From the NCBI GenBank assembly GCA_004431415.1, contig QPMI01000411.1, positions 248,001-312,000 on the forward strand: 64,000 nucleotides of DNA. Direction: 5' to 3'. Below the pieces are notes generated by a model. The model was given only the letters and a program-made list of their open reading frames with translations. It searched no databases and was not told the DNA's origin. This stretch comes from Cyanophora paradoxa CCMP329 (Eukaryota; Plantae; Glaucophyta). Of the stretch, positions 23,251-35,252 are shown one piece after another. The position numbers were made by a program, and so were the translations under genes. Numbering within the stretch: position 1 is the stretch's first letter; every line of letters begins with the position of its first letter.

Positions 23251-26200
23251 ATGCCGCGTTTGCCAAAGAACCTTCTCGCGATCGTGCTCAACGCCCTTTT
23301 GGCGTTTGCCCTGCTCCACGATGCTGCATCTCAAGGTGAGCTCGAATCCGATCTTTCCTCTTCCGTGTCACCGCAGCGACGCAAACCCTTACCACCCCCT
23401 TTTATAATTACCTCTTACCTCGAGCTCTAGATCTAAGCCTGATCTCAACTTTAAGCCCCCCTGCTTCTCCGCCACGTGCCGCAATCCCCCCCCCCCCCCT
23501 CCCCCGCGCCCCCCCCCCCCCCCCCCCCCCGCGCCCCAACTCCCCTCCCCCTCTCAATCCCCTCCCCGTCCCTCCCAAGATACCCCCCCATGCCCATCCC
23601 CAATGTAGACCCCATCTCTCCTCCTAGGCCTCCTCCCCACCCCTCCTCAACCACATCCCACCCCTGCCTTTTCAATTCCCGCCCCCCCCCTCCTCCCCCC
23701 CACCCCTTCCTCCCTCCCCCCCCCTCCCCGGCCCCCAAAATCGCTCCCCGCCTGCCTCGCTATCTCCGCTTCCTCTCCGTGATTGAGTCAACTTGTTGAA
23801 CGCCTCACGACCCCGCTCAGCTCTTCCCCGCACTCTAGATCTCTCGTACTCCATTACCCTCCTCTCTGCAGCTCTCTGCAGCTCTCTGCAGCTACATTTA
23901 GTTCCACACCAAACATGGATTAATTGCAACTGCCTATGCGCGGTCAATGTCGCAGCGCCACCGCCCCTTATGTTCTGGACTGCACCCGCATGCATATGCG
24001 CAGCTGATCATCACCTCGCCGTAGATTACGCGGTGACAGCGGCCAGGTTCGGCGCACCGGCGGAATTCCTCCCGCGATCGATAGCGAGCGGCGTCCTCTT
24101 CCGAAACCGGACGAGTTCGAGTGCAACGCTGGAGCTGGCAGTCGTTGGTGGCAAGATTGCAGACGGATCTGGGCGTGACACGTTCGCTCAGGAGATCTGG
24201 ATCATCAATACAGGTGACCAGGCTAGCGCTTGCGCTCTAAGATAAACTCGCCGGTGCGATTTCTGGGCCACTCACGAACATTCGCATTCCGCGCCTGCGA
24301 CGAGCAGAAACTCGCGAGTGGAGGCTCTCTACAACGTCCATCCCTCCGGCAGTGTATGTCAGACACCCTCAGTGCGCGTGGGACGGCGACGACAGCATCT
24401 ACTGCTACGCATACGGCCGTGGTCAGACCTGTCGGCTCTCTGATGACATTCTGCGCATGCGCGGAAGCGCGTGCCTCCGGATCCCTGATGTGTCCCGTTG
24501 ACCTTTTGGCCTTTTTCAGCTCCAGGTAATGAGGCGGAGACATTCCCCTTGTTCTGGAGAAATAGTATCTCGACGGAGCGGAATGAAAGCATCAGAGCTC
24601 TTCCTGCAGCAAACTCGCTCCGCACGAGCCACTGCACTACATTCTATGCGGGCAACTTCTGGATGGCCACGGGCGAAGGACCCGCGTCTCTCGTGGTAAA
24701 CACTCCATACGGCTTTTTCAACGACCTCCTCCGGTACGGTCCCGAGTCTATAGCTCTGGGTCCCTTGTCGAACCGAATTCTGCTTTCCTCTTTGCTGCAG
24801 ATTTTCTGTCGAGTCGCAAACCTGGGCTGTCGAAATCGAGAACGGAAACAGTGATATGGCGCCCCGCTACAAAGCTGCATGCGGGCGGCTAGGTGAATCA
24901 TTTGGATTCGGCATCTTCACCATTCTGGCCATCAATCCTATGTATACGTCTGCATGTGCATTCTTTGAATCATCCGAGTACAGGTTCTCGCTGGTACTTT
25001 GTTGGAGGTTTCCTTCCGGGTGCACCCCTGTGCTGCGATGGTCTCATCCACGATACCAATGTGTAGTGAGCCGCTTAAGCGTCGTATTCGAGTCGAAGTG
25101 ACCATCCCCTATACGTAGCTATGTTGATCTGGCGGCCTCGACCAAGCGCTGGGTTCTCCTGTCGAACCTCACGAAGGTCGTCCCTCAGGAGAATTGGGGC
25201 TTCAACTTCCTAGAGCTATGCCAGGGTCTCCTTCTCTTGCCCTCTGGTAAGAAGCTTCTATACGCGTTTCGGTTTGAATTCCTTGACAGCTCTGCAGCTT
25301 ATCTGTTGCCGGTTGAATATTGGGGCGATCACGAAGGCTTTATCCTGCTGAATCCTGCCGGTGAACCACTTCATTCTCATATATATCTCATCAAGAATTC
25401 TTTATTGTTATTATTCCATCCTTCACCCCTTCATTCTCGCCCCCCTTATTCTTTCTTCTCGGCCATTGATCAGGATTCGCTTTCCGCCTTTATTATTATT
25501 CTTCACCATTTTATTCTGGAGGCCTTCATTCTTTATTAGGCTATTGACTCGCTTCCCGCCATGCATCCGCAGATGGAACAGTGGAGAATGTGTACAAGCA
25601 GGCAAGCAATGAGTTCGCAAGGTTAGGTTTCGAATATGCGGTGGCTACATACGACGTCGACGTCGATGCCACGGGCCAGTCCGCCTGCAAGCTGTTCGTG
25701 TTGAAGCGTTTGGTTCGGATGACAGAGCTCGGAGGTCTAAACTTTTTATTATACCTCTTTTCCCAGAATTGCTGCCGGAGTGAATCTGGGCGGTTTGTAC
25801 GAGCCGTACACAGGTGCTCTAGTAGAAGTGACAGGTGCGCGCGCGTGCTCTGATGTCGGAGCTCGGATCCCTTGGCCGAGCGCTCGCGGCTTTGCCTCTC
25901 ACACGTTGACCTCCCAGTGAACGTACCCGCGGTGACAGCGACCTGGTCAACCCCCTCCGCCGGCCAGATCGTCCAGAGAGGCTCAAGCGTGAGCACTCAC
26001 ATTCAGCCGCGCGCTCTGTTAGACCTGGTACTGTGTCACCAATGCCGTGTCTTTGGTCTGTCGCATTACAGCTGCGCGCGGTGGCTTCTTCCCTGAGGCG
26101 TGCATTCGGACCCGCATCGGTTGTTCTGACTGCCGCCGACAAAACCACGCCGCCCTCTGAGGTGAGAGCCCGATCACGAACCGCTTCGTAATCCCAACAT

Positions 26201-29200
26201 GAATATTTTGCTCTCACATCCTAATTCTGTGTGCGCGATTGCATTAGCACGTGTTCTTTTCTTCGGTCACACTCGCGAAAACCGGAGCGGACTTCACTGT
26301 GGCGATCCCGCTCGGCGTGAATGGTGGCTCCTACCGGATCCGCCTGCAACCGGCGAGCGGGAGCAGTCTTCAGACGCCGGCGTTCACGATTCCTTCCTGT
26401 GCGTTCATATATGCATCGCTTGCTAACCGCGGCCGCGAATCGTTTGTTATGTCGCTCATGATCAGGCTGACGTCGAAATGAATGCCGATCAGGGAGCCTA
26501 CTGGAGCTGAGCTCGTGGGCCGCGGGGTACGAGACCTGGGCGAACGCGTCGCTCGCGCTCCCGTGGAGTGCGGCGGCCTGGTCGTTCCCCCTCGAGGCGC
26601 ACCTCCTCCCGAGCCGCCAGAGCGAGATCCTCGTGCGCTGCCCTCCGGTTTCGCCATCGTCCGTGTTGCTTTTCTGAACGAGCGCATCGCCATCAGTCTT
26701 GGAATGGAGTCGTTCTGCACAGCACGTATCTGGACATCTCCCAATCCAACGCGGGAACCATGACTTTCGAGCTGCCCTCCAACACAACGGCTGGCGACTA
26801 CGTGATCCGCATTGTGGACGTGTCCGTCCCAACCATTCGTTCTCACAGGCTGACGAACTACTTCGTGGTCAAGCCCTCGGGTCCGTGCAACGCAATCGAT
26901 AAACTGGCTCTTCCTTTCCCTGACGACGAGTGAATATGCTTTGATGTAGGTGCCAACGATCCGCCGACTCTGGTGTGCTCGACAGCTGCGACAAGCCCAA
27001 CAAGCATCAGCGTCATCTGCAGCTTTGCGAAGATGCGTGGATTCGCATCTCTCACCCCAAACTGCACTGCTCCGCCAGGAGGGCTGTTCGCTGGGCAGCA
27101 CTTCGCCCGCTCCATCGCTGTGACAGATGCAGACTCTGCGCGCACAGCCATCGGCATTAGAGTGCCTTTGACGTACACGGGCTCTTACGCCCTCAACTGC
27201 TCAGTAAGAGCGCTCGCATCCCTTGGGCAGTCACTCGCTCACGAAAGCGCTGGATTGGCACTCGTCCCTCCTGGTGCGCCTGTGCATGCGCTGGCTGCCC
27301 TCGGCATGTTGATATAAGCGACTCGATCCGCAGCTGCGCCCGTGGCGCCATTGCAAACGTACATCTTCGAGATCCGCCCGATTGCAAATACGTACAGTGG
27401 ACGGATAGCTGTGAGCGTCCGCTTCGCAAAGGGACAGAGCGTCGCGGCGGTGGAGGTCGTCTGCTCGGGCCTCGGGGGTCCGTTCGCAAGCAACGCAACA
27501 GCGACGGATGCCGATATGCCGGAGTACGGTTTCAATGTTCACTTGCAGGCCGCAGCATACTTCAACGAGAGCTACGCCGCAACCTGCCGGTCGCGCGTGC
27601 GAGCTTCCACGGGCCTGGCGTCCGACTGGGTATCAATCCCAACGGTGACGATGGATCCGGGTGCGGGCCGATCATCTGCATTCTGCCGACGAGCTGCCCT
27701 GTGTCTCAATCTGACATGGTGCTTTGCAATTGGGGGCTGCCACAGCTCCTCCGTGGACGCCCGAGGCCCAAGTCGTTTCCGTCAACGCAACTAGCGTCAC
27801 GTTGCAAGTGAAATTCATGGCGAATCAGAGCGTGGTGAGAGTGCTGGCTCAGTGCTCAAGCATGCAGCACTATGCCTCCTACCCTGGCTGGGTCGGTGGT
27901 GAATACCACACGTACGCTGCGGTGACGGACGGCATGGCTTCGGGGGTCAACCTCACCGTGGGCGTTCCGCCCTCGTACAGCGGCAGTCTCCAGATGATTT
28001 GTTTAGCACGCGTGTTTTCTTTCTTGGATCAAATTTCACAGCTACCAAATTTGTTTTTTTCGCCCATTCCGGTGACAACACTTCCAGCAGGTCGGGGCCG
28101 TCTTTGATTCTCAACGATTTGCTCTTGATCCCATATACACTCCACCCCTGAGCTTTTGGGTGGGGATTCGCAGCTGCTCCAGGGGCTCCACTGGAGGTGG
28201 CTGTCATCTCCATCAACGCGACACAGGCGGTCGTTCGCGTGCGCTTCGCTACAGACCAGAGTGTGGAGTTGGTGGAGCTGGAGTGTCTGGGAGCGGGCGT
28301 CCCTTCCGCGCACGCTTTCAACGTCTCTGCAACGGATCCACAGGTGCCGGCGGGAAGCGTCACCTTTTCCATGGGAGTCGCTGCCACTTCGGAGGGCAGC
28401 AACTCTGAGCTCAGCTGCGCGGCGCGCGTCCGATCTTCAGCAAACTTGACGTCGCCCTGGACCTCGATGGCTCCGGCGACGATACCGCCAGGTGCGCCGA
28501 GGCGGTTTCGATTCCCTGCGCGCGAGCGGCGCGTGCCCTGTCTCACGATCGCGCGCGCTTCTCCAGTTGCGCCATTGGCGCCTCTGGATGCTGCCATCGT
28601 CTCCAAGAACGCTACGCACTTGGTGGTACAAGTACAGCTGAACGTGGGCCAGAGCGTGGCAGCAGTGGAAGTCAAGTGCACATCTGGTAATGCGGCGAAC
28701 GATGCAACTGCGACGGCGACGGGTGTTGCATCGTTTTCCGTCAATGTCAGCGTGCTCTTCGTTCCGGGGTATGGTGGCGGCTACGAGCTCAGTTGCTCGG
28801 CGCGAGTGCGAGCACCGACGGGCCTGACTTCGGAGTGGACAGCGGCCGGAGCCACGCATGTGCCTGCAGGTCTGAGCCAACTGCATAGCTTTTGAAAGCT
28901 AGCGCTACTCTCCCTGCGCACTAGACTCATGCTCGTACTTTCCCGACGCAGCTGCGCCGCGGGCTCCACTGGACGTGACAGTCATACCCTCGACCGCGAC
29001 GCGTGTGGTGGTGCGGGTGCAGTACTCGTCCGGCCAGAGCGTGGCGGCGGCGGAGGTGGAGTGCTCCGGTTATGGCGGCCCGTATGCGGCAAACGCGACG
29101 GCAAGCAGCGCCGCATCGTCAAGCGTCGAGTTGAGCATTCCGGTCGTGCCGTCGTACGGCAGCGGCTACGCGTTGAGCTGCGCGGCGCGAGTGCGAGCGA

Positions 29201-32200
29201 CAACGGGTCTGGCGTCAGAGTGGACCTCGGCGGCCCCAGCCCTCCCGTTTGAGCTTCCCTCGAGCTCGCCGACGCCGACAGCTCCCCCATCCCCGTCACC
29301 TTCATCGCCGGCGCCGACAGCTCCCCCATCCCCGTCCCCTTCTTCGAGCCCTGCGGCTCCACCGAAACCAACGCCCTCCGCGTCGCCGTCAATATTCGCC
29401 ACGCCCTCGAGCTCCGTGCCGACACCAAGCCCGACGGGCGCCGCAACGGTCTCGTCCGTGACCGTCACGTTCTGGCTGTCGGTTCCCGCGACGCGCGAGG
29501 AGTGCCAGACGTACATGCAACGGCACACGCCCGCGTCCGTGTCTCAGGGGTTTGCTCGTCTACTGGCGACCGCTCTCCGATCGGATTTTGACGAAGTGCG
29601 CTCTCGTCCCTTTCGTTCTACCCTGTTTTCTTCTGCAAGCAACGCGGGCCGCAGCGACGGGTGAAGATCGCCGACATTCAATGCGGGTCGATCATGTTTC
29701 GCGTTCAGGTGCGAATGCTTTCGAAATGAATCGAGGATGCCTGCTAGTGTCGCACGCAACTGCTCGTCGGCGACCGCCTAACGCGGCAACCGTGTGTGCT
29801 GCGCAGGTTCTGGAAGCCGCATCCGCGTCGTCGGCGGCGTCAGCTTCTGCAGCGCTCCCGGACGCTCTGATCCTCGAGACGGTTGCGAACCTCACGCGCG
29901 CGGGCCAGTTGCTCATGCCCGGGCTCGACGACCGGCCCGTCTCCGTCCTTTTCAACGCCTCGTTCGCGGCGGGAGTGCAGCCAATGGGCGCCGCCGGCGA
30001 GGCGCTCGCGCGCGGCGAGAGCATCTCGTCGTCCGGGCAGCAGCAGCAGCAGCCGTCCGCCGGGCAACCTGCCTCGACGCCGGGCTCCGCCGGGGTGTCA
30101 GGCGGCGGCGGCTCGCCTGTCGCCGCCGCCGCGGGCGCTGCGGCCGGCGCAGGCGTCGTCGTGGTCGCGGTCGCTGTGTGCTTCGCCGTGTACTGGAAGC
30201 GGAGGCGCCTGTACGCCAACGATCAGTCCGGCGATGTTGCCAACGCGCCTTTGTTCTTCTCCACCGATCCGCCGGACTGGATCCTGCAGACGGTGAGCGT
30301 GTTGAGCTCGGCCAGCGATGGCTCATCGCCCAGCGTCTGGGTCCGTCTCCTGCCCACGCAGCGGGCCGCTCAGCGCCCCCCGCCCCTCACGTGCAGCAGA
30401 TCGAGTTGCCGCCGCTGAACGAACAGGAGGAGCTCGACCTGCTCGGACGACAGCAGCCGGCGGGCGCCTTCGGCGGAACCAACGCAGCGCTCGGCGCAGA
30501 CGCGAAGGACATGACGCTTGTGCAGCGCGCCGGGCTCTTCCCTCCCAAACCAGTCTCGGAGGAATTGCTGAAAGCCGTGCGGGAGCCGCTCAGGTGTCTC
30601 GGAGAGGGCGCCTTCGGCCGCGGTGCGTCGTGCTCCCTCGCTTTGCTGTACATATTCTCGCGATGAGAGCCTGCTCCACGCAGTTTATGCCATTTCCCTG
30701 CCCGAATCGGCGGCCACCTGGCTCCGCGGCGAGGCGGGGTTTGGTGGGCGCGGCGCGGCGTCGGCGTCGGTATATGTATCGTTCGTCGCGGGTTCGAGTG
30801 CCGACGCTTCCGACGCCCCACCCCGGATGATCAAGCGAGCCGTCAAAGAGGTCTCCCTGAGCAACCTCCAGGCGCGTAAACGCGGGCTCGAGGAAGTGCT
30901 CGAATCGGCAATGAACTAAATTTAAAGCCGCGCATACCGCAGATCGCCGCGCGCGAAATCCACGGGGCCCGTCTGCAAAAGGTGCTCCCCATTGCTGTAT
31001 CGTCGAAGCGGGCCTAACGTTAACTGACATCCGCGCTCTCGCCAGTCATGCAACCACCCGAACGTCCTGCGCTGCGAAGCCCTGTTCACGGATCGCCTCA
31101 AGCTGTACATTGGTGCGTGTTATCCTCGTGCGGGATACACCGCCGGCGCCAGCGCCTATTTTCGTGTTTCTTTGTATTCTCATCCGAATGCGTCGCAGTG
31201 CTGCCGCTTGCTGAGATGTCGCTGAGCGCCATGATCGCCTCCTGCGGTGTGCTCCCCTCGCACCTCGTCACGTCCTTCGCCCTGCAAATCGCCTCGGGTC
31301 CGTCCTCGCCGCTCGAGCTCGACGCACCGCCGGCTCGTGGCAATGTACATGTTCTCGGCCGACCGGCGCCGGGCTTGGCGCAGGGATGGCGTACCTGCAC
31401 CACGAGCTGCCGCGGCCGGTCGCCCACCGCGACCTCAAGCCCCAGAACATCCTCGTCTTCCGCGGCGTGCGTGCTTTGTTGCAGCTGCTACGACGGTGGT
31501 TTTTCACACGCGCGCGCGCCATCAGCGCGATGGCTCGGAGCCGCAGCTGCTCGTCGGAGATTTCGGTGCGTGAAGCAATCGTGCCCCTAAGCTCACGATC
31601 GGTTTTATGACAGGTATCCTCGCGCTCTCTGCTAATTACAAGGTCGATTCCCCCGCGCAGGCATCTCAAGGCACGTTGAGACAGCAATGTCCCTTCGCGG
31701 CACCTTGTGCGCTTCAATCTGAAATTTCCCATGGCCATCAAACAAAGATCTAGACCCATCTTTCATGATCATCAAGTAGAGCGCTAGAACCCTTCAACCC
31801 GTTCGAATTCGCATCCATGCACCAACGCTCTGACAGGATCTATCTCCCACCCGAGACCTACACGAAGAACGACCCTGCCAAGGCCGACGTGCGTTGCATG
31901 TGGCGGCTCGAGCTTGCCGTTCCGCGCTGGCGCGCCGACGCGTGCGTGTGCGCACAGATCTGGGCCTTCGGCATCGTCCTCATGGAGATGGCGACGGGGG
32001 GGAAGCCGTACGGGGGCGCCGCCATCGGCCCCGAGCACCTGGTGAAGGGGCAGCCGTTCCCCCGCTCGGCCTTCGGCGCCGTGCCGGAGCGGCTGCGGCC
32101 CCTCGCCCGCTCCTGCCTCGCCTTCGACATGAAGAAGCGCCCCAACTTCCTGTGCGCCCGTTTTTCTAGATCCGCGCGACGCGGTCATAACTTTGACCTT

Positions 32201-32507
32201 GGCGGTCGCGCAGGGAGATCCGCCGGACGCTGGAGGGCCTCCTGCAGCAGCCGGCGGCGCACGCGTCCTCTGCGATCTCGCCGCTGCAAGCAGCCGCAGC
32301 CGCAGGCGTGCACGGGAGCTCGGGCTCGAGCGCTTCTCCACCCGCGCCATGGCCAGAGCCAGGGGCGGCGAGCTTGGGCTTGAGCTTGGGGCTGCCGGTT
32401 GCAGGCCCCCTCGACAGTCGCCACCTCGACGCAGCTGCAGGCGCCGACGCCGTCTTCACCCCGGATCCGTCAATGCCCGCGGGGTATCAGTAAACGCCGT
32501 GTTCTAA
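23251..32507 (+). CDS. Receptor-like Ser/Thr (TKL-type) kinase: signal peptide, long ectodomain with six FN3-like repeats, Pro/Ser stalk, SEA-like module, TM, kinase
   Basis: Signal MPRLPKNLLAIVLNALLAFALLHDAASQ; six repeats ending C-x-x-RVR-x-x-x-G/N-L-x-S-x-W (variable); TM AAAGAGVVVVAVAVCFAVYW-KRRR; kinase motifs LGEGAFG, RAVKE, HPNVL, HRDLKPQN, DFGISR, GTLIYLPPE, ADIWAFGIVLMEM. Exons in 23340-26200 are unresolved, so the first ~3 kb could belong to a separate gene. Confidence 0.82.
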
Positions 32508-32569
32508 AGATTTGGATGGTTCCGGCACCCGCTTTAAAGATTTAACGATTATGCTTTTCTTGAATTCAA

Positions 32570-32594
32570 TTGATATCTATTGAATAGATATCAA
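32570..32594. repeat. 12-bp inverted repeat with 1-nt spacer (TTGATATCTATT-G-AATAGATATCAA)
   Basis: The arms are exact reverse complements; it lies in the AT-rich spacer between two convergent genes. Confidence 0.85.
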
Positions 32595-33072
32595 AGAATC
32601 TAATATTATGTATACGTATGCATACGCGTGTGACCTTCCAGGCCCTCTCTTTCAATCTAGTACTAGTTATGCGATTGTTTCGAATCCGAAGTTAGTTTAG
32701 TTTGTTAAATAGTCCTAGTCCGAAGCCTTGACGTCGACGAGCTGATCATCACGTCGTCGCGCGGCAGTAGTTCTTTTCTTGATCAGCGCGACGTCGACTT
32801 CTTTAGCTAGTATCATAGTATTAGTCGAGAGATCGATGATATCGATCCTGTTACTAGTATTTCTACCCGCAAAGGATGCGACGTCGACTGGATTGTTGAT
32901 TAACGAATCGATTTTTCACATTTTAGCTGATATCGCGATCGATGGCACATATGCATCGAAACCGAAGACAGCCGCTCTCCGACGGTCTAAAGCGGGTCTA
33001 GATCTGTCTACAGACTCTGAGAGATGAAAGGTGGAATTCGAAGGGCGGGGAAGGGGGCGGCGGGGGGCGGCG

Positions 33073-34946
33073 TCAGACCCACTTGCGCCACTTTGCGATG
33101 GCGCAGAAGGCGAGGGTGGAGGCGCCCATCTCGCCCAGCACGCCGTAGAAGGCCCCCAGCGGCGCCCCGTCGTCCGTCTTCTGCCACTGCGCCCGAGCCG
33201 AGTCGGGGTTGGGGGTTGGGGGTTGGGGGGGGGGGGGGGGGGGGGGGGGGGAGTGCGGGGGGCGGGGTACCGGGATGTTGACGTTCATGGAGAGGACGGA
33301 GCAGACGAGGAAGTGCCACATGAGGATGACCCCGATGAGCCCCGCCGTCTGCGGCGAGCCGGCGACCGGTGAGCGGCGGCGGGGCGAGGGCGAGCAAGGA
33401 AGGGGGCGGGGAGGGGCGCCTTGGAGATGCCGGCGACGCCCTCGGTCTGGACGGCGATCTCGTGGGAGATCTTGGCGTGGAAGGAGGACTGCAGGGAGAG
33501 CAGCGTCTCCCGCGCCCGCTCCAGCTTCCGCAGCATCCCCCGCACGTGGTCCCGCACGTCCCTGCCCGGTCGGACGGTCAGACCGGCAGGCAGCCTGGCG
33601 CCGGCCGGGAGGGGGCGGCCGCGCCGGAGGTAGACGGTGATGTCCTCCTGCGGCGGGGAGCCGGCCTCGGCCCCCGCTTGCCGGTCCGAACGCATGCGGA
33701 TCAGCAGCGCGCTCAGGACCTGCCCCCGGCCCCGCGTCGGCCGCAGCGCAGCGCAGGGCCCGGCGGGGGGCGCGCACGTCGCGCTTCCTCTGGAGGAGGT
33801 CCCGCAGGGCGGCCGCCCTTCGCCGCGCCATCGCTATCCTCAGCACAACCTGCCGCCCCGCCCGTCGGCGCCGGCGCCGGCGCGGGTTCGAGCCCGGGCG
33901 GGGCGGGGCACCTCCGCCTCGTCGGTCTCCCCGAGCAGCAGCACGAGGTCGTCCAGCGAGCGCACCTCCTCCACCACCTGCACCCGGGGCGGTCGGGTGG
34001 GGGGATGCTCAGGCACGAGAGGGGTACGGCACCTCCGCGACGAGGGGCACGAATCGGTCGACGATCGCGTCGAGGAATGCGTAGCAGAGCCAGCGGCCGG
34101 AGGGAAGCTGCCCGGGGGCGTCGACGTCAGCGCGGGCGGCGGGGCGGGGCAGGGCGGGGCAGGGCGGGGCGGGGCGAGGCGGGCGGGCGGGCGGGCGCGA
34201 GGGGCGGCTGGCTCGCCTGGCGCTGGCCTGACTTGTGGGTGCGCTGGAGGCGGCGGGTGCGGGCGAGGACGTGGGAGAAGGCGGAGGTGGGGGAGGCGTG
34301 GAAGGAGAGGACGCCGTTGTCGAAGACGACCACGTTGACGGCCTGCCGCAGCGTCAGCCGCGCCGCCGCCGGCCCCTCGGGGCGACAAGGGAGGGAGGGG
34401 CGCGGCTCGCCAGGGCGCGGAGGGAGTCGCTGGCGGAGGGGTCCAGCACCAGGTCGCGGAAGCAGACGAAGATGTACTCGTCGAAGAACTCGACCTGCGC
34501 CCCGCGTGCGCTCACCGGAGCGCGCTCTTTTAGGAGACGCGCATCGCACCTTGTCGATGGTATCGCTCTGGAAGCAATCCTCGGCCGTGACGGGGTGCAG
34601 CCCGAACGCGCTCTCCATGCCCTGAGGGGCGGCGCGCGCTCAGCGGGTGCCGATCGATGCGCTCTTAAGCGCGCCCACGCGCCTGCATCTGCTCGACGGT
34701 GGGGCACTCCACGTCGAGCCAGAACCGCTGCTCGCGCTTCCGGCACGTCCGGCAAAACTCCTCGAGCTGGGCCGCGCTCACAGGCTCCTCTACAAGCTTC
34801 TCACCGCTGATGCTGATGATGTTCGAGGCCGGCGCTCGCTGGGCGACTGTGGCCGTGTGGAGGCCGTGCGAGTCGTCGGGATGGAGCAGCCGCTCCAGGC
34901 CGCCGCGCTGGCCCGCGCGGTCGGTGAGAGCGTCCATCCCCGCCAT
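33073..34946 (-). CDS. CorA/Alr1/Mnr2-family divalent cation transporter
   Basis: FWLDVECPT; AFGLHPVTAEDC; KVEFFDEYIFVCF; CYAFLDAIVDRF; VYLR-DVRDH; two C-terminal TMs around VLSMNVNIP-WQ and AFYGVLG. Stop TGA at 33073. Confidence 0.9.
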
Positions 34947-35252
34947 TGCGCGGGGCCAGCGCCGCGCCGAAGCCCCTCAGGGCTGGGAAGCCGCGAGGGC
35001 GCTGCTCCGAGCGGGACGCGATCCAAAAGTCAGCGGGCTGTGATAACGATGTCCTAGAGCGTCAGAGAGAGTGCGCGGGATGCGCAGCCCCGGACTTGTC
35101 CTGCGGCAGGCGGGTACAGGTGCAGTTCGCAGGTGCAGCTGAAGTTCGCCGGGCGCAGTGCAGCCAGCGCTCGCGTTCGTGACAAGGTGCTTTTCAAGCG
35201 CCCCGGTAGCTAGGATCCACTAGGCGCCGCCAGGCATCAAAGCGGCACCAGC

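Noticed and set aside
23390-23900. G-depleted, poly-C stretch giving a Pro-rich ORF (also the G-poor stretch 25360-25540)
   Set aside because: Looks like low-quality consensus or low-complexity intron; no consistent splice signals. Needs raw reads.
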